Shown: positions 40,352 to 56,538, counted from the stretch's first letter. The stretch is DNA of 64,000 nucleotides from Eledone cirrhosa (GCA_964016885.1 OZ024741.1:399838001-399902000); one strand, 5' to 3'. Notes: generated by a model from the sequence alone, not told the origin. Made by a program: numbers and translations.

Positions 40352-40495
40352 TCATCATCATCATCCGCTTTTCCCTGCTTGCAAGGGTGGGATGGGTCCT
40401 ATTCAGCACAGCATCTCTCCACTTGTCACGGTCCTTCGTCATCTCCTCCGTGAGTTTTAGCAATCTGAGGTCTGCTCTCACCACCTCCGCCCATG
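40352..40495 (-). mobile_element. RTE 3'-end fragment
   Basis: WAEVVRADLRLLKLTEEMTKDRDKWRDAVLNRTHPTLASREKR matches the 45000-45108 C-terminus. Confidence 0.85.
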
Positions 40496-40762
40496 GATAT
40501 AAATTGTTAACCATGGTCTTTTGTCATTTTATATATTAATGTTCAGCTACTTGAACTGTCCTTAACATTCGAAGACTTATTCGTCTATTTTAAACTCCTC
40601 ATGAGCTGAGGGTTTTAGTGTGTATAATGTTTCTCTCACCTTACCAAAAGTGATAATGGAACACTCCATTATGATCACCTATATCATATATAGGTATACA
40701 TATAATATATTATATATAGAGATATACATATAATATACTGTATATATATAATATACTGTGTG

Positions 40763-40801
<39 letters not shown>

Positions 40802-40844
40802 TGTAACTTGGAGTTACTATAGGTTCACTATATGTATATATATA

Positions 40845-41185
40845 GGAGGCACATGGCTTAGTGGTTAGAGCATTGGTCTTGCAATCGAAAGGTTGTGAGT
40901 TCAATTCTCAGACTGGGTGATGTGTTGTTTCCTTGAGCAAGACACTTTATTTCACATTGCTCCAGTTTACTCAGCTGTAGAAATGAGATGATAGGGACTA
41001 GGGTCCATATCATTCCACTGCAAAGTGGTCGTGGAGGTGCCACGGCAAAAAAGCACCCAGCACTCACTGTAAATGAGGTTGGTGTTAGGAAGGGCATCCA
41101 GCTGTAGAAATCAAGCCAGAATCAGTTCCCGTCCCACCCTTGCAAGCAGGGAAAAGCGGACGTAAAATGAAATGATGATGATGAA
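40845..41185 (+). mobile_element. Same SINE family
   Basis: Near-identical to 9351-9690; partial heads also at 58030-58161 and 17375-17500. Confidence 0.88.
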
Positions 41186-41201
41186 TGATATATATATATA
41201 T

Positions 41202-42862
41202 TTTCATTGTACGACAACTACAGTAGAAGTACCTAGCTAAAAGTAAACCCCTATACTTAGCTTTGTCGACTTGGAGAAAGCCTTTGACAGAGTCCCCCGT
41301 TCCATTATGTGGTGGGTGCTTAGAAAACTAGGTGTTGATGAATGGCTTGTGGGAGCTATACAAGCCATGTATAAAGAAACAGTCAGCAAGGTTAGAATTA
41401 ACAACGAATATAGTGAAGAGTTTAGCGTAAAAGTTGGTGTTCATCAAGGCTCCGTCCTTAGCCCCCTACTATTTATTATTGCCCTTCAGGCTATAACAGA
41501 GGAGTTCAAGACTGGCTTCCCATGGGAACTCCTCTATGCAGATGATCTAACGCTCATAGCTGAATCAATGGCTGAACTAGAGAAGAAATTCCAAACATGG
41601 AAGCATGGCCTAGAATCAAAAGGCCTTAAAATTAACCTGTCTAAGACTAAAGTTCTAGTTTGTAGCAAGGAAAAAAGGGCACCGGTCCCATCCGGGAAAT
41701 GGCCATGCTCAGTGTGTAGGAAAGGGGTAGGTAGAAACTCCATTTTATGTCCCAAATGCAAAGTATGGGTGCATAAAAGATGTAGTGGGATAACTGGTAA
41801 GCTAACTAAGAACATAGATTTTATATGTGGCCGGTGCTCTGGTGCAATAAGTAGCAGAAAGTGCCCACAAAATACTAGCTCATTCCATTGCACAGATGGT
41901 TCTATAGAAATAGTGGACACCTTCCGTTACCTGGGTGACAAAATCAGCAGTGGTGGAGGGTGCTCTGAAAGTACAGTAGCTAGAGTTAGAACTGGATGGA
42001 AAAAGTTCAGAGAGCTTATACCACTATTAGCCGCTAAAGGGTTCTCTCTATAAATATTACATGGCAGTGAGACCCGGCAATGTTACATGGCAGTGAGACC
42101 TAGGCATTGTGTGCAGAGGATATACGCAGACTGGAGAGGAAAGAAGCTTGCATGCTCCGTTGGATGTGTAATAGTAATATACGTGAACGGCAAAGCGTAA
42201 ACAAACTAAGGGAAAAATTAGAAATAAGAGGGATCAGATGTTGTTTACTCGAGAGAAGACTACGTTGGTATGGTCACGTGATGCGCATGAAAGACGACAG
42301 CTGTATAAAAAAGTGCAGAGCAATAAAAATAGACGGTAGCCACGGAGTAGGCAGACCCAGAAAAACCTGGGACGACTTGATAAATTCCGACCTCACACAC
42401 ACCTCTCCAAGACAATGTCACTGGACCGAGATCTTTGGTGCTACACAGTAATACAGAAGACCCCGCCTTACCTAAGTACAAAGTGAAACCTACTACAGTC
42501 AGTAGGCACCTCTAACAAAAATACACCCCCGTCCCACTACCACCACCCCATCCACATCACCCCTTTCAATGTAAAGTTATGTTGGTACCACAACATCCAG
42601 TTCGAAACAAATGAGGTCGTGTAGGTGTCACGACAAAAAAACACACAGTCCACGCTGTAATATGGCCGTGTAGGTAACACGGTAAAAACCTCCCAGTCCA
42701 CACTGTAAACGTGATTGGTGTTAGGAAGGGCACCCAGCTGTAGAAAACCCGCCAGACAGTCCTATGCGAGCAAGACAACCACTCTTGCCTCAAGTGGGAA
42801 ACCTCCTGTCCAAACCCATGCAAGCATGGAAGATGGACGTTAAACGATAATGATGATGATGA
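41202..42862 (+). mobile_element. 5'-truncated RTE-clade LINE (RT with PHD-like insert, plus 3' UTR), decayed
   Basis: DLEKAFDRVP, GVHQGSVLSPLLF, LLYADD, FRYLG, RRLRWYGHVMR, GRPRKTW motifs; stops and frameshifts; (ATG)n tail. Confidence 0.93.
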
Positions 42863-42890
42863 TATATATACACATATAATATACTGTATA

Positions 42891-42938
<48 letters not shown>

Positions 42939-43102
42939 CTATATATATAAATATGTGTTTATTTAGGTTTGTTAGTTCACCACTGGATAGAACTGGTCAT
43001 TCCGTATGGTCAATCTCGATGTAATATTATGGATAGCACTCAACATAATACAACTCACCCGTCTTCATTTGTGTAGTTGGTGGTGCGAGTATGGAGTTAA
43101 TT

Positions 43103-43450
43103 ATTATAAAATAACAGGAGGCTGGACTCGTGTAAATCCTTGAAAGGTTTATTATACTATGAACATTTCAATGACCGGGTTCAGTATGAATCCGATGACA
43201 TCATCAGGTATTCAAAATATAACAAAGGAATAATAAAGGGCGGCCGACTGAGGTAGAAGCTGCCAAATAGTCGGTCGTCCTCTTGTCTCCTATTTTCAGC
43301 CTAATCGATTTTATCTGTTATATTCCTTTGTTATATTTTGAATACCTGATGATGTCACCGGATTCATACTGAACCTGGTCATTGAAATGATCATAGTATA
43401 ATAAACCTTTCAAGGATTTACACCAGTCCAGCCTCCTGTTATTTTATAAT
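43103..43450. mobile_element. Inverted-repeat element (~130-bp arms), probable Penelope-like remnant
   Basis: 43103-43232 mirrors 43321-43450; each arm carries a hammerhead motif; (TA)n nearby. Confidence 0.7.
43342..43399 (+). ncRNA. Hammerhead motif, mirrored at 43154-43211 on the minus strand
   Basis: ATAC-CTGATGA-[CCGG.TTCA tac TGAA.CTGG]-GAAATGATCAT-A-GTAT; stem III is the palindrome ATGATCAT. Confidence 0.6.
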
Positions 43451-43777
43451 ATATAAATATGTGTATATATAAATATGTGTATATATTTATATGTGTATAT
43501 ATATATATGTGTATATATATATATATATAGTATATATATATATGTGTATATATATATATAGTATATATATATATGTGTATATATATATATAGTATATATA
43601 TATATGTGTATATATATATATAGTATATATATATATAGTATATATATATATAGTATATATATATAGTATATATATATATAGTATATATATATAGTATATA
43701 TATATATATAGTATATATATATAGTATATATATATAGTATATATATATAGTATATATATATAGTATATATATATATA

Positions 43778-43828
<51 letters not shown>

Positions 43829-43830
<2 letters not shown>

Positions 43831-45129
43831 AAGAAGAATAAGCCACTATACTTAGCCTTTGTTGACCTAGAGAAGGCCTTTGATAGGGTACTCCGATCTG
43901 TCATCTGGTGGTCCCTAAGGAAGCTAGGTGTTGAGGAATGGCTTGTGAGGACAGTGCAAACTTTGTACAGAGGTACTCTCAGTAAAGTCAGGGTAGGAAT
44001 GGAGTTTAGTGAGGAATTCCAGATACAAGTAGGAGTACATCAGGGTTCGGTCCTCAGCCCGCTCTTGTTCATTATAGTCCTCCAAGCCATAACAGAGGAG
44101 TTTAAGACTGGCTGTCCATGGGAACTTCTCTACGCTGACGATCTGGCTCTTATAGCAGAATCAGTAGAGGAGTTAGAGAATAAATTCTGGCTATGGAAAC
44201 AGCAGTTGGAAGCAAGAGGACTGAGAGTGAATCTAGCTAAGACAAAAGTGTTGATGAGTAGAAAAGAGGACAAAACCCTGATTCCGTCAGGGAAATGGCC
44301 ATGCTCGATATGCAGAAAAGGAACTGGCATAAATTCTATAAAATGCACAGAATGCAGATCCTGGGTACACAAGAGATGTAGCGGGATAGCAGGCAAACTA
44401 ACAGGTAGGGAGAAATATGTATGCAGTAGATGTACAGGGAAATTAGACAGTAGAAGTCGCACTGATAGACACATTTTTCAAATGCAAGAGGGCGCTATAG
44501 TAGTGGTGGATAGCTTCCGGTACCTAGGAGATCAGATTAGCATGGGAGGAGGGTGTTCCGAGGCCATAGTATCTAGAATAAGGACGGGTAGGAAGAGGTT
44601 TAGGGAGCTGCTTCCTCTGTTGACGAAGAAGGGTTTCTCCCTGCGTACGAAAGGCCGGTTGTGTGATGCCTGTGTGAGGAGCGCGATGCTGCATGGTAGT
44701 GAGACATGGGCAGCAACTGCAGAGGATATGTGACGGCTGGAGAGAAATGAGGCAAGCATGCTCCGTTGGATGTGCAGTGTAAATGTGCGTAAACGACCCA
44801 GCATAAATATGTTGAGAGAGAAAATGTGTCTGAGAGGGATAGAATGTAGTGTACGGGAGAGGAGACTGAGGTGGTATGGACATGTGATGCGCATGGAGGA
44901 TGACCGATGGGTGAAGAAGTGCCAGGAATTGCCAGTTGAACGAAGACGTGGTAGAGGTAGACCACGAAAAACATGGGCGGACGTGGTGAGAACAGACCTC
45001 AGATCATTGAAGCTCACGGTGGAGATGACGAGGGACCGTGACGAGTGGAGAGATGCTGTGCTGAATAAGACCCGTCCAACCCTTGCAAGCAGGGAAAAGC
45101 GGACATAAAATGATGATGATGATGATGAT
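43829..45129 (+). mobile_element. 5'-truncated RTE-clade LINE, second subfamily, nearly intact frame
   Basis: Same RT motifs (YADD); one in-frame TGA at 44731; ends gcaagcagggaaaagcggacataaaa(tga)n; embedded in (TA)n. Confidence 0.95.
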
Positions 45130-47875
<2,746 letters not shown>

Positions 47876-48075
47876 NNNNNNNNNNNNNNNNNNNNNNNNN
47901 NNNNNNNNNNNNNNNNNNNNNNNNNNNNNNNNNNNNNNNNNNNNNNNNNNNNNNNNNNNNNNNNNNNNNNNNNNNNNNNNNNNNNNNNNNNNNNNNNNNN
48001 NNNNNNNNNNNNNNNNNNNNNNNNNNNNNNNNNNNNNNNNNNNNNNNNNNNNNNNNNNNNNNNNNNNNNNNNNNN
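47876..48075. other. Assembly gap (200 N)
   Basis: Run of N. Confidence 1.
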
Positions 48076-48517
48076 TACCAAAACACTTTAGTACGCTTTC
48101 TTCAGATAAAATACAAAGTTTGTTTTATAAATAGAGACGTACCCAGGAAAATCATACTTTATCGGTTGGATATTCTCTGGAAAATCATACCTTATCATTT
48201 AGATATTCTCTGGAAAATCATACCTTATCAGTTTGATATTCTCTGGAAAATCATACCTTATTAGTTTTATATTCTCTGGTAAATCATTCCTTATAAGTTT
48301 GATATTCTCTGGAAAATCATATCTTATCAGTTGGATATTCTCTGGAAAATCATACCTTATCTGTTGGATATTCTCTGGATAGTCAATCCAGAGAATATTT
48401 AACCGATATGGTATGATTTTCCTGGGTACGTCTCTATTTATAAAACAAACTTTGTATTTTATCTGAAGAAAGCGTACCAAAGTGTTTTGGTACCCTTGAA
48501 ATATATATAATAAAATA
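48076..48517. mobile_element. Inverted-repeat element with an internal 33-bp tandem repeat and a hammerhead
   Basis: 48076-48157 mirrors ~48411-48492; spacer has ~7 copies of ggaaaatcataccttatcagtttgatattctct; left arm cut by the gap. Confidence 0.65.
48455..48517 (+). ncRNA. Minimal type-I hammerhead ribozyme (Penelope-type), apparently intact
   Basis: Stem I TATTTTAT/ATAAAATA (8 bp), core CTGAAGA, stem II AAGcGTACCAAA-GTGT-TTTGGTACcCTT, GAAA, palindromic stem III ATATATAT, AUA cleavage triplet. Confidence 0.8.
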
Positions 48518-48866
48518 AAAATGGTTTCATAAATATAGTTTCCATTTATTTAATATCATTGAATATTTACTCCAGTAACTTGTTGAGTGCTCTAAATCAG
48601 TTATAAACATTCATATTTATATTTGTCGGATTTCCAACAAATTAAATACCCCTTCTACTTATATATATATATATAGAGAGAGAGATAAATCTACCAAAAT
48701 GTACGGTAGTGTCCAATCCGTATGAAGAACTCAATGTAATCCGAATATCACAAAAAGAGAAGATGTATTCAAACATTTTTTTCAAATGAAAAATACAGGA
48801 AAACAGAATCAATATAAACTAATAAAAAAAATAATGAATAAAAACAAAGAAACAGTTCCTTATATT

Positions 48867-48916
<50 letters not shown>

Positions 48917-49017
48917 ATATATATATATACATCGTATATATATATACATAGTATATATACACAGTATATATATATACCGTATATATATATATATGTATAC
49001 AGTATATATATATATAT

Positions 49018-49420
49018 ACAAAGTAAAACCTACTACAGTCAGTAGGCATCTCTATCAAAACACCCCCCCCCCCCCCCGTTCCACCACCCCCCACCCCATC
49101 CACACCGCCCCTTTTAATGTAAAGTTATGTTGGTGCCACAACATCCAGGCCGAAACAAATGAGATCGTGTAGGTGTCACGACAAAAAAAATACACAGTCC
49201 ACACTGTAAATGTGGCCGTGTAGGCAACACGGTAAAAACCTCCCAGCCCCACACTGTAAATGTGGTTGGTGTTAGGAAGGGCATCCAGCTGTAGAAAACC
49301 CGCCAGACAGTCCTATGCGAGCAAGACAACCACTCTTGCCTCAAGTGGGAAAACCCCCCGTCCAAACCCATGCAAGCGTGGAACACGGACGCTAAACCTT
49401 GATGATGATGATGATGATGA
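49018..49420 (+). mobile_element. Copy of the RTE 3' UTR seen at 42478-42862
   Basis: Highly similar sequence with (ATG)n tail, flanked by (TA)n. Confidence 0.8.
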
Positions 49421-49654
49421 TATATATATATATAATATGAGATCAAAAGATGGTTAAAAGAGTTCCAAGTATTTTATTATGCGCATTTCAAAAACAAATA
49501 TCATCATGGGATGATATTTGTGTTCTCATCAGATAAAATAGGGAAACATGATATGAAGCTATAAAAAACACTTGTGAGCAGTGAAGTTTTAAATCAACAT
49601 ATATATATATATATATATATACACTAATACTGTATATATATAAATTGAACTTAC

Positions 49655-49756
49655 TGCAGTTGACTTCATCAATATCATAAAGACATTCTGTGTTTCCATC
49701 ACAAATCGTAGCACAGAATCCATCACAGAGCATCTTGTCATCCCCAACACAATGTA
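49655..49756 (-). CDS. Exon 3; LDL-receptor class A-like repeat
   Basis: ttccag/gtaagt; VHCVGDDKMLCDGFCATICDGNTECLYDIDEVNC with CDG..C..DE.NC motif; 102 nt, phase 1 to 1. Confidence 0.88.
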
Positions 49757-49919
49757 CTGGAAATAGATATCACACACGAAATATGGAAATATAAAGAAAC
49801 TATAACAATATAACGTATAAGCATATATAGATATATGTGTGTATATTTGTGTGTGTTTATAATCTCTTTCTTTCATTTACTGCCTCCGTCTCTCGCCCCA
49901 TCACTCATTATTCTAAGCA

Positions 49920-51540
49920 AATGTGAGCCCATGCTCTGGCACCCCACGGCCCCAGCTGACAGAATAGAGAAGGCGTTTCCCTGGGGGATGGTGAGGAAGA
50001 TGTGTTGGAAGAGCCATTCCAGCTCACAAGTCTCACACCTGTGGGTACCCAACTCCGTGCCAATGGTGGTGTTTAGGGAGGTTGTCCTAGGGTCAATGAT
50101 ACCAGAAGTCTCTACTGCTACAGGGTGCCAATGGTGGTGTTTAGGGAGGTTGTCCTAGGGTCAATGATATCAGAAGTCTCCACTGCTACAGGTGCCAATG
50201 GTGGTGGGTAGGGAGGTGGTCCTAGGGTCAATGACACCAGAAGTCTCCACTGCTACAGGGTGCCAATGGTGGTGGGTAGGGAGGTGGTCCTAGGGTCAAT
50301 GACACCAGAAGTCTCCACTGCTACAGGGTGCCAATGGTGGTGGGTAGGGAGGTGGTCCTAGGGTCAATGACACCAGAAGTCTCCACTGCTACAGGGTGCC
50401 AATGGTGGTGGGTAGGGAGGTGGTCCTAGGGTCAATGACACCAGAAGTCTCCACTGCTACAGGGTGCCAATGGTGGTGGGTAGGGAGGTGGTCCTAGGGT
50501 CAATGACACCAGAAGTCTCCACTGCTACAGGGTGCCAATGGTGGTGGGTAGGGAGGTGGTCCTAGGGTCAATGACACCAGAAGTCTCCACTGCTACAGGG
50601 TGCCAATGGTGGTGGGTAGGGAGGTGGTCCTAGGGTCAATGACACCAGAAGTCTCCACTGCTACAGGGTGCCAATGGTGGTGGGTAGGGAGGTGGTCCTA
50701 GGGTCAATGACACCAGAAGTCTCCACTGCTACAGGGTGCCAATGGTGGTGGGTAGGGAGGTGGTCCTAGGGTCAATGACACCAGAAGTCTCCACTGCTAC
50801 AGGGTGCCAATGGTGGTGGGTAGGGAGATGGTCCTAGGGTCAATGACACCAGAAGTCTCCACTGCTACAGGGTGCCAATGGTGGTGGGTAGGGAGGTGGT
50901 CCTAGGGTCAATGACACCAGAAGTCTCCACTGCTACAGGGTGCCAATGGTGGTGGGTAGGGAGGTGGTCCTAGGGTCAATGACACCAGAAGTCTCCACTG
51001 CTACAGGGTGCCAATGGTGGTGGGTAGGGAGGTGGTCCTAGGGTCAATGACACCAGAAGTCTCCACTGCTACAGGGTGCCAATGGTGGTGGGTAGGGAGG
51101 TGGTCCTAGGGTCAATGACACCAGAAGTCTCCACTGCTACAGGGTGCCAATGGTGGTGGGTAGGGAGGTGGTCCTAGGGTCAATGACACCAGAAGTCTCC
51201 ACTGCTACAGGGTGCCAATGGTGGTGGGTAGGGAGGTGGTCCTAGGGTCAATGACACCAGAAGTCTCCACTGCTACAGGGTGCCAATGGTGGTGGGTAGG
51301 GAGGTGGTCCTAGGGTCAATGACACCAGAAGTCTCCACTGCTACAGGGTGCCAATGGTGGTGGGTAGGGAGGTGGTCCTAGGGTCAATGACACCAGAAGT
51401 CTCCACTGCTACAGGGTGCCAATGGTGGTGGGTAGGGAGGTGGTCCTAGGGTCAATGACACCAGAAGTCTCCACTGCTACAGGGTGCCAATGGTGGTGGG
51501 TAGGGAGGTGGTCCTAGAGCAACAACACCACAAGTCTCCA
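49920..51540 (-). repeat. 68-bp tandem array (~22 copies) grown inside a CRE-like RLE fragment
   Basis: Unit ggtgccaatggtggtgggtagggaggtggtcctagggtcaatgacaccagaagtctccactgctacag encodes PVAVETSGVIDPRTTSLPTTIG on the minus strand; 49920-50058 is the continuing element. Confidence 0.9.
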
Positions 51541-52010
51541 TGTAATTAAACTGATATAGTTGTTGTTTGATTGTGATGTCTAACATTGAAGAACTATGGT
51601 AATTTTATTTTCTCCACCTTGTAAAGGGGTAATGCTGATGCCATGACAAAAAACAACCAGTCCACCCTGTAAGGTGCTCCTGCTTGAGTTACGATATAAA
51701 ACTCCCAGTACATGCTGGAAAGGGGTTGGAGTTAGGAAGGGCATCCAGCTATAGAAACTCTGCTCCCAGTACATGCTAGAAGGGGGTTGGAGTTAGGAAG
51801 GGCATCTAGCTGTAAAACTCTAGCCAAAACCAGATCATATGAGTAAGATATGGTCACCAGACCTATCTATCCTCAGTATATGGTAACTCATCTAACCCAG
51901 ACAAGTATGGAAAATAAATGTTAAACGATAATAGTGTCAATACATCCACGCCAGATTGTTAGACAAAATGCCTTGTGCTATTTGGCCCCAAATAAACAAA
52001 TAATACTGAC

Positions 52011-52090
52011 CAGCAGTAGTTGATGGGAACTGTGTTGTAGTGTCACATCGAGGTCCGTCTTGACATTTAAAGGCCCCATCAAAACAGGTG
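52011..52090 (-). CDS. Exon 2; VWC/TILa end plus Thr-rich linker
   Basis: aacag/gtcagt; (C)TCFDGAFKCQDGPRCDTTTQFPSTTA; 80 nt, phase 2 to 1. Confidence 0.85.
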
Positions 52091-52428
52091 CTGTTCACAG
52101 AAAATAACAAACATAAATAACACTTCAGTATTAATCCTCAGATTGAGAGCTGTTGTTGTTTAGCCCCAGGCTAGACCTGGTTGAGAACCTATCAGTAAAA
52201 TGATTCCAGCCATGATTATTGTGTTTTTCCATGGAGGACCAGGACCAGATTATCCAATATGTTATTTTGTAAGATAGTAGGATGAGATTTGACGTAATTT
52301 AACTGCTCAAGACATCATGAAGAAGATGATAGTTCTTTTGTTAGTATAATCTTTCTCAATGTCCTCGCTAGCCTGACTAGCTCATTCTCAACAATGAATC
52401 ACTTCATTCCATTCCTAAGAACTTTTAA

Positions 52429-55400
52429 CCCTTTAACATTTATATTACTCTATATTTACTATTGTATTTTCACAGTAAAGGTTTTACCTCACATAATATC
52501 TCACATAACATTTACATTACTCTATATTTACTATTGTATTTTCACAGTAAAGGCTTTACCTCACATAATATCTCACATAACATTTACATTACTCTATATA
52601 TACTATTGTATTTTCACAGTAAATGCTTTACCTCACATAATATCTCACATAACATTTACATGACTCTATATATACTATTGTATTTTCACAGTAAAGGCTT
52701 TACCTCACATAATATCTCACATAACATTTACATTACTCTATATATAATATTGTATTTTCACAGTAAATGCTTTACCTCACATAATATCTCACATAACATT
52801 TACATGACTCTATATATACTGTTGTATTTTCACAGTAAATGCTTTACCTCACATAATATCTCACATAACATTTACATTAATCTATATATACTATTGTATT
52901 TTCACAGTTAAGGCTTTCCTCACATAACATTTACATTACTCTATATATACTATTGTATTTTCACAGTAAATGCTTTACCTCACATAATACCTCACATAAC
53001 ATTTACATTACTCTATATATACTATTGTATTGTCACAGTAAAGGCTTTACCTCACATAACATTTACATTACTCTATATATACTATTGTATTGTCACAGTA
53101 AAGGCTTTACCTTACATAACATTTACATTACTCTATATATACTATTGTATTGTCACAGTAAAGGCTTTACCTCAGTTACATTTACATTACTCTCTATATA
53201 CTATTGTATTGTCACAGTAAAGGCTTTACCTCACATAACATTTACATTACTCTATATATACTATTGTATTGTCACAGTAAAGGTTTTACCTCACATAACA
53301 TTTACATTACTCTCTATATACTATTGTATTGTCACAGTAAAGGCTTTACCTCACATAACATTTACATTACTCTCAATATACTATTGTATTGTCACAGTAA
53401 AGGCTTTACCTCACATAATATCTCACATAACATTTACATTACTCTATATATACTATTGTATTGTCACAGTAAAGGCTTTACCTCACATAACATTTACATT
53501 ACTCTCTATATACTATTGTATTGTCACAGTAAAGGCTTTACCTCACATAATATCTAACACATCATTTACATTACTCTATATTTACTATTGTATTTTCACA
53601 GTAAAGGCTTTACCTCACATAATATCTCACATAACATTTACATTACTCTATATATACTATTGTATTGTCACAGTAAAGGCTTTACCTCACATAATATCTC
53701 ACATAACATTTACATTACTCTATATATACTATTGTATTGTCACAGTAAAGGCTTTACCTCACATAACATTTACATTACTCTATATATACTATTGTATTGT
53801 CACAGTAAAGGCTTTACCTCACATAACATTTACATTACTCTATATATACTATTGTATTGTCACAGTAAAGGCTTTAACTCACATAACATTTACATTACTC
53901 TATATATACTATTGTATTGTCACAGTAAAGGCTTTACCTCATTTAACATTTACATTACTCTCTATATACTATTGTATTGTCACAGTAAAGGCTTTACCTC
54001 ACATAACATTTACATTAATCTCTATATATACTATTGTATTTTCACAGTAAAGGCTTTACCTCACATAACAGTTACATTACTCTATATATACTATTGTATT
54101 GTCACAGTAAAGGCTTTACCTCACATAACATTTACATTAATCTCTATATATACTATTGTATTTTCACAGTAAAGGCTTTACCTCACATAACAGTTACATT
54201 ACTCTATATATACTATTGTATTGTCACAGTAAAGGCTTTAACTTACATAACATTTACATTACTCTATATATACTAGTGTATTGTCACAGTAAAGGCTTTA
54301 CCTCACATAATATCTCACATAACATTTACATTATTCTATATATACTATTGTATTGTCACAGTAAAGGCTTTACCTCACATAATATCTCACATAACATTTA
54401 CATTACTCTATATATACTATTGTATTGTTACAGTAAAGGCTTTACCTCACATAATATCTCACATAACATTTACATTACTCTATATATACTATTGTATTGT
54501 CACAGTAAAGGCTTTACCTCACATAACATTTATATTACTCTATATATACTATTGTATTGTCACAGTAAAGGCTTTACCTCACATAACATTTACATTACTC
54601 TATATATACTATTGTATTGTCACAGTTAAGGCTTTACCTCACATAACATTTACATTACTCTATATATACTATTGTATTGTCACAGTTAAGGCTTTACCTC
54701 ACATAACATTTACATTACTCTATATATACTATTGTATTGTCACAGTTAAGGCTTTACCTCACATAATATCTCACATAACATTTACATTACTCTATATATA
54801 CTATTGTATTTTCACAGTAAAGGCTTTACCTTACATAACATTTACATTACTCTATATATACTATTGTATTGTCACAGTAAAGGCTTTACCTCACATAACA
54901 TTTACATTACTCTATATATACTATTGTATTGTCACAGTAAAGGCTTTACCTCACAAAATATCTCACACATCATTTACATTACTCTATATATACTATTGTA
55001 TTGTCACAGTAAAGGCTTTACCTCACTTAACATTTACATTACTCTCTATATACTATTGAATTGTCACAGTAAAGGCTTTACCTCACATAACATTTACATT
55101 ACTCTCTATATACTATTGTATTGTCACAGTAAAGGCTTTACCTCACATAATATCTCATAACATTTACATTAATCTATATATACTATTGTATTGTCACAGT
55201 AAAGGCTTTACCTCTCATAACATTTACATTACTCTCTATATACTATTGTATTGTCACAGTAAAGGCTTTACCTCACATAACATTTACATTACTCTCTATA
55301 TACTATTGTATTGTCACAGTAAAGGCTTTACCTCACATAATATCTCATAACATTTACATTACTCTATATATACTATTGTATTGTCACTGTTAAGGCTTTA

Positions 55401-56538
55401 CCTCACATAATATCTCACATAACATTTACATTACTCTATATATACTATTGTATTTTCACATTTAAGGCTTTACCTCACATAATATCTCACATAACATTTA
55501 CATTACTCTATATATACTATTGTATTGTCACAGTTAAGGCTTTACCTCATATAATATCTCACATAACATTTACATTACTCTATATATACTATTGTATTGT
55601 CACAGTTAAGGCTTTACCTCACATAATATCTCACACATCATTTACATTACTCTATATATACTATTGTATTTTCACAGTTAAGGCTTTACCTCACATATCA
55701 TTTACATTACTCTATATATACTATTGTATTGTCACAGTAAAGGCTTTACCTCACATAATATCTCACATAACATTTACATTACTCTATATATGCTATTATA
55801 TCTTCATGGTAAAGGCTTTACCTCACATAATATCTCACATAACATTTACATTACTCTATATATACTATTGTATTTTCACAGTAAAGGCTTTACCTCACAT
55901 AATATCTCACATAACATTTACATTACTCTATATATGCTATTATATCTTCATGGTAAAGGCTTTACCTCACATAATATCTCACATAACATTTACATTACTC
56001 TATATATACTATTGTATTGTCACAGTAAAGGCTTTACCTCACATAACATTTACATTACTCTATATATACTATTGTATTGTCACAGTAAAGGCTTTACCTC
56101 ACATAACATTTACATTACTCTATATATACTATTGTATTGTCACAGTAAAGGCTTTACCTCACATAACATTTACATTACTCTATATATACTATTGTATTGT
56201 CACAGTAAAGGCTTTACCTTACATAACATTTACATTACTCTATATATACTATTGTATTGTCACAGTAAAGGCTTTACCTCACATAACATTTACATTACTC
56301 TATATATACTATTGTATTGTCACAGTAAAGGCTTTACCTCACATAACATTTACATTACTCTATATATACTATTGTATTGTCACAGTAAAGGCTTTACATA
56401 CTATCGAATCTATGGGATTTTGATATTTATTTTGAGAACAATGCCTCAATGTCAGTATGAGGGGATGATTATGGCCAGTTTGAATAGATAGAGGTGAGAG
56501 AATTCTGGCTGGATATGGCTGGTTTAAATGCTGAAGGG
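52429..56538. mobile_element. piggyBac-like MITE holding a ~4-kb 60/72-bp satellite
   Basis: TTAA|CCCTTTAACATTT ... AAATGCTGAAGGG|TTAA; array of acataacatttacattactctatatatactattgtattgtcacagtaaaggctttacctc with or without a 12-bp insert. Confidence 0.85.

Noticed and set aside
52394-56491. Repetitive ORFs up to 365 aa
   Set aside because: Translations of a 60/72-bp satellite within a MITE; frames break at indels.
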